A stretch of 64,000 bases of DNA from the human T2T-CHM13v2.0 reference genome, Homo sapiens. The notes under the pieces were generated by a model that was not told the origin of the DNA, made no database searches, and was given only the letters and a program-made list of their open reading frames with translations. The stretch is taken from assembly GCF_009914755.1 (NCBI RefSeq), contig NC_060929.1. The stretch is one strand, 5' to 3'. The first letter of the stretch is position 1. Each line of letters opens with the position of its first letter. The position numbers and the translations under genes were made by a program. This document shows, in pieces, positions 60,361 through 64,000 of the stretch.

Positions 60361-61230
60361 CAGCAGTCTCTAAAGCGGTTATGCTCAAAGTGTAGACCAG
60401 GAAATTCTGAGGGTCCTTAAGATATTTTCAGAGATTCTGCATAGCAATACAAAGACATTATTTGTCCTTTTTACTCTTATTTTCTCACAAGTGTGTACTA
60501 AAGTTTTCCGGGGGCTCCACCGCATGTGTTATCAAAACAGACTGAATGCAGAAGCAAATATGATAATCCAATTGACTCGTTTATCAAGACAAAATTAAAG
60601 AGAGTTGCAAAACTCTAAAACAATAGCCCTCTTCTCATTAATTTTATTTTTTGGAAAATATAGTCATTCCTAAGTGCCCATCAACCAATGAGTGGATAAA
60701 GAAAATGTGGTATTATACACTATGGAATATTACTCAGCCATAAAAGCAATTGAAATAATGTCTTTTGAAGCAACTTGGATGGAGCTGGAGGCCATTATTC
60801 TAAGTCAAATTAACTCAGAAATGGAAAACCAAATATTGTATGTTCCCTGCTTATAAGCAGAGCTAAACTATGAGGACACAAAGGCATATGAATGATATAA
60901 TTAACTTGGGGACCAGAGGTGGGGGGAGTTTGGGAGGAGGTGAGGGATAAAAAGATTACATACGGGGTACAGTGTACACTGCTTGGGTGACAGGGGCACA
61001 AAAATCTCAATCACCACTAAATAACTTATCCATGTAACCAAAAACCACCTGTACCCCAAAAATTATTGAAAAAATAAAATAAAATAAAATATGGTTTTCA
61101 TAAAAATGTTATTTATATTTGTATTTAATGTGTTTATTATTTTAAACATATTAATATATATTTTAGTCCCTAACATTATAAATACTGACATATAACCCAA
61201 ATAACCAAAAAATTGTTCTAGGTTCTTCAG
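60361..61230. mobile_element. hAT-Charlie (Charlie1-like) remnant interrupted by an L1 3' end
   Basis: ctcaaagtgtagacc start; homology to 9600-9680 in opposite orientation. Confidence 0.6.
60670..61085 (+). mobile_element. L1PB-like 3' end, 5'-truncated
   Basis: cccatcaaccaatgagtggataaagaaaatgtgg...ccacctgtaccccaaaaattattgaaa plus A-rich tail. Confidence 0.85.
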
Positions 61231-62326
61231 AAACAAATTTTGTTTTATCTTGAATTCTCAGTCATGGAAGAAGGAAGAATTGTATAAATAAAAACCATAG
61301 ATTTTTAAAATCTGAATTTGAAAAGTCAAATTACAATCCTAGTGTAACAGTTCGCCTATAACAAGAGTCTCCTAATCTATTTCCGGTATCATTCTTAGTC
61401 GAATTTCAAACTTCTTTTAAGGCTTAACTCATCCATTTACTTGTTCACCTGTGAGTACTATTACTATTACTAACCAAAAGGTAGACAATTTTAAGAAAAG
61501 GGAAAAACAGGGAACCCTAGCTAACATAGAAATTGAACAGTACACCATTTTGGAACCTGTGTACTGAGTTGAAAGATAGGAAGAGAAAAAAAGAACTAAA
61601 AAATTCAACTGGAAAATATTTTTAGATTTTTTATGCAAACAAACATATACTTCATGATTCTCATGAACATTAAGATAAAATATGACTGACACTTGTCTCA
61701 CTCAGGCTGTGTCCCAACCATATTTACTCTCAGTTCACTCTCTTCTTCCACCATTAGGGTATCAAGTAAAAACAACAAAGCATTCCCTGAAGGCCTCTCA
61801 AGAGAAGCATTATGGATTGTCCTTAACACCCTCTCTTGTGGAGTGTAGGCTGTGACCTTTTATCCTGTACAAGGGCCTGAATTGTTTATTGCAACTGCCC
61901 ACAGATTGTATCCAAATTCACCTTTAAAACAATGAACTTCTTAGTATTTGTGACTTCCATTTAATACTATTAACTCTAAGTATGCAATTAAGAGAAAATC
62001 AGGATGGGGAGCAAGTAATCCTCTTCCTCTAGTAACTTATCAAAGCAGTAACTACATTTACATGTCTACTGAAGGAAGAAATATTCTTCAAAATAAACAT
62101 TTTATAAGAAATATTGCCCTACCTATACCCAATCACATAGAATTCCACAAAATATTTGTTTACCTCAAAGTTTAATGAATTTATTTAATATAAAACTTTA
62201 ATAAAAATGTTTAATAAAAGTTTAGTCTTTAATCTTAATAAAGATTTCACAAAAGTCTAATCTAAAAATGTAAATATTAACATAAAAACCATAAATTTGC
62301 CTTTTACTCTCACACATAGAGCATAC

Positions 62327-62390
62327 CTTTCTGACTAATCGAAGTGCTTGTGTCCTCTCTACCTCGTTGCTCTGTTGTATGTCAATGCAC
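62327..62390 (-). CDS. RICTOR: RICTOR exon 6 (exons 1-5 lie beyond the window end)
   Basis: 64 nt, CIDIQQSNEVERTQALRLVRK, AAG|GTATGC donor. Confidence 0.97.
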
Positions 62391-63756
62391 CTAAACAATA
62401 CACAAAATATTAATCATTGATAAAATTCTATTAAACAACTTTTTGTATCACAATACTGATAGATGAAACCCATTTTCACAATGTCAATATGGTATATTAT
62501 TGTTTTGGTATATGATTTCTCAGTACCAGCATATATTTATTTAATTAACCCATACATCTCGAGGGATAAATATCTGTCATTTAAAAGACCAATTTTTTCT
62601 TTTAAAACGTTAGGAAAGAACAGTATAGTAATTTACAAGACTACATCTATTCATAAAGAAAGAATAATAAACATAAAGTGTAAAAAGTCTACTAAAAAAA
62701 TTCACTTATCTCTGATAAAATTCAGACATTTTATAAAAATTGTAAAGGAAAAATAATTCAAGGCTGTTTTCATTTAATTGCAATTTTGACCAGGGCTTAA
62801 ACTAAATTAGGCACTATCCATAAAAATTCTATCTTACCAAAATATAATTTGAATTCTGAATTCACTTCAAATATTGATGTCCAAACAAATAGCACCAAAC
62901 TGACATTTCTTTGTAAAATTTATTAAATTATCCAGTTTTGAAAGTCTTTTATGTAGAAGCATAATTTTTATTTAGACAGTTCATTATTCTAATCAATGCT
63001 TTATATATAGATAGTCTGTGATTCAAAAAGCATTTCTTCTATCTGAATACAATTAATCTAAGGCAATCCTATTAAAATTCAAATGGACTTAGAATTCCAT
63101 TCCTGGCCATGTCAGAGATGAGAGGTTCTGACTGTCTTCCCAAAAACAACCAAGAAGATTTAAAAAAAAAAATACTTTACAGTATAAAACAACTGTTAAA
63201 AGGGCAATGAAGAATAATCCCTGAAAAAAGAAGCACAGGGAGCTCCACATTCAACCACATTTGTTCCCTGGGTGCATCTGTCAATGTCAATCCCTGGTCT
63301 TACGGGCAGAGTCCTAACAGAAAGCAGAAATCTGGCCGTACTGAAAAGACAGAGGTTTAACTTCAGGGCAGCCAAAGTAGCTGGGACTTGAGGGGTAAAA
63401 TCCCTGAGAGAAGAAAACAGAAGAAAGTGAGCTAAAATCTGCATGCAGTGTTCTCTCCAAGACACTTGTCAACATCCACATTGTGCAAAAGCAGAATTAC
63501 ACTCTAAGAAACAAAGGAACAGAGTATAGATTTCAGCAGAAACACAATACTCTAAGAAATAGGTAAAGGTTCAAGACTGGTTAAGGTGAAAAGATTCTGC
63601 TCAATATCTACACTCTGAGATCCTAAATAGCCACTGCTAGGAGCAAAGGCAAATCTAAAACCAAACTTTAACAGAATCAGTGTAATAAACCAACATACTA
63701 GAATAAAACTTAACTCTCTTACAAGGCAAATAACATGATCCTGAGACAACAATTGT

Positions 63757-63995
63757 GTTTTTTTGTTTGTTTGGATATTTTGTTTGTTTTTGAGACAGAG
63801 CTGGTGCCTTGGCCTCCTGAGTAGCTGGGATTACAGGTGTATGCCACCATGCCTGGCTAATTTTTGTTTTCTTAATAGAGACAGAGGTTTCGCCACATTG
63901 GCCAGGCTGGTCTCAAACTCCTGGCCTCAAGTGATCTGCCCGCCTAGGCCTCCCAAAATGCTGGGATTACAGGCATGAGCCACCAAGCCCAGCCC
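63757..63995 (-). mobile_element. Alu with large right-arm deletion
   Basis: gagacagag joined almost directly to gccttggcctcctgagtagc. Confidence 0.88.
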
Positions 63996-64000
63996 CAACA

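Overview
Human (or great-ape) genomic DNA from the OSMR/RICTOR locus (5p13). The window is dominated by RICTOR, the mTORC2 scaffold, on the minus strand. I mapped 33 coding exons (exons 6-38 of the 38-exon gene, all GT-AG), which splice in one frame from ...CIDIQQSNEVER to ...DTSAES-stop (4735 nt, consistent with the 1708-aa protein), followed by a ~4.4 kb 3'UTR with AATAAA at 3345-3350. The first ~1 kb is probably the end of the convergent OSMR 3'UTR (identity from recalled synteny). Introns hold about 21 Alus, a 5'-inverted L1PA with a 15-bp TSD whose tail became a ~500-bp complex microsatellite, THE1/MLT LTRs, and Tigger/Charlie/MADE1 DNA-transposon fossils. I see no new gene system. The best leads are a candidate in-frame microexon (12/21 nt) in intron 15, a 72-nt cassette exon, an antisense exon-like unit inside a Charlie fossil, inverted Alus around exon 37, and the twin-primed L1/microsatellite next to exon 7. 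Exon and residue numbers and repeat subfamilies come from recall of the reference gene and consensus sequences, not from a search.
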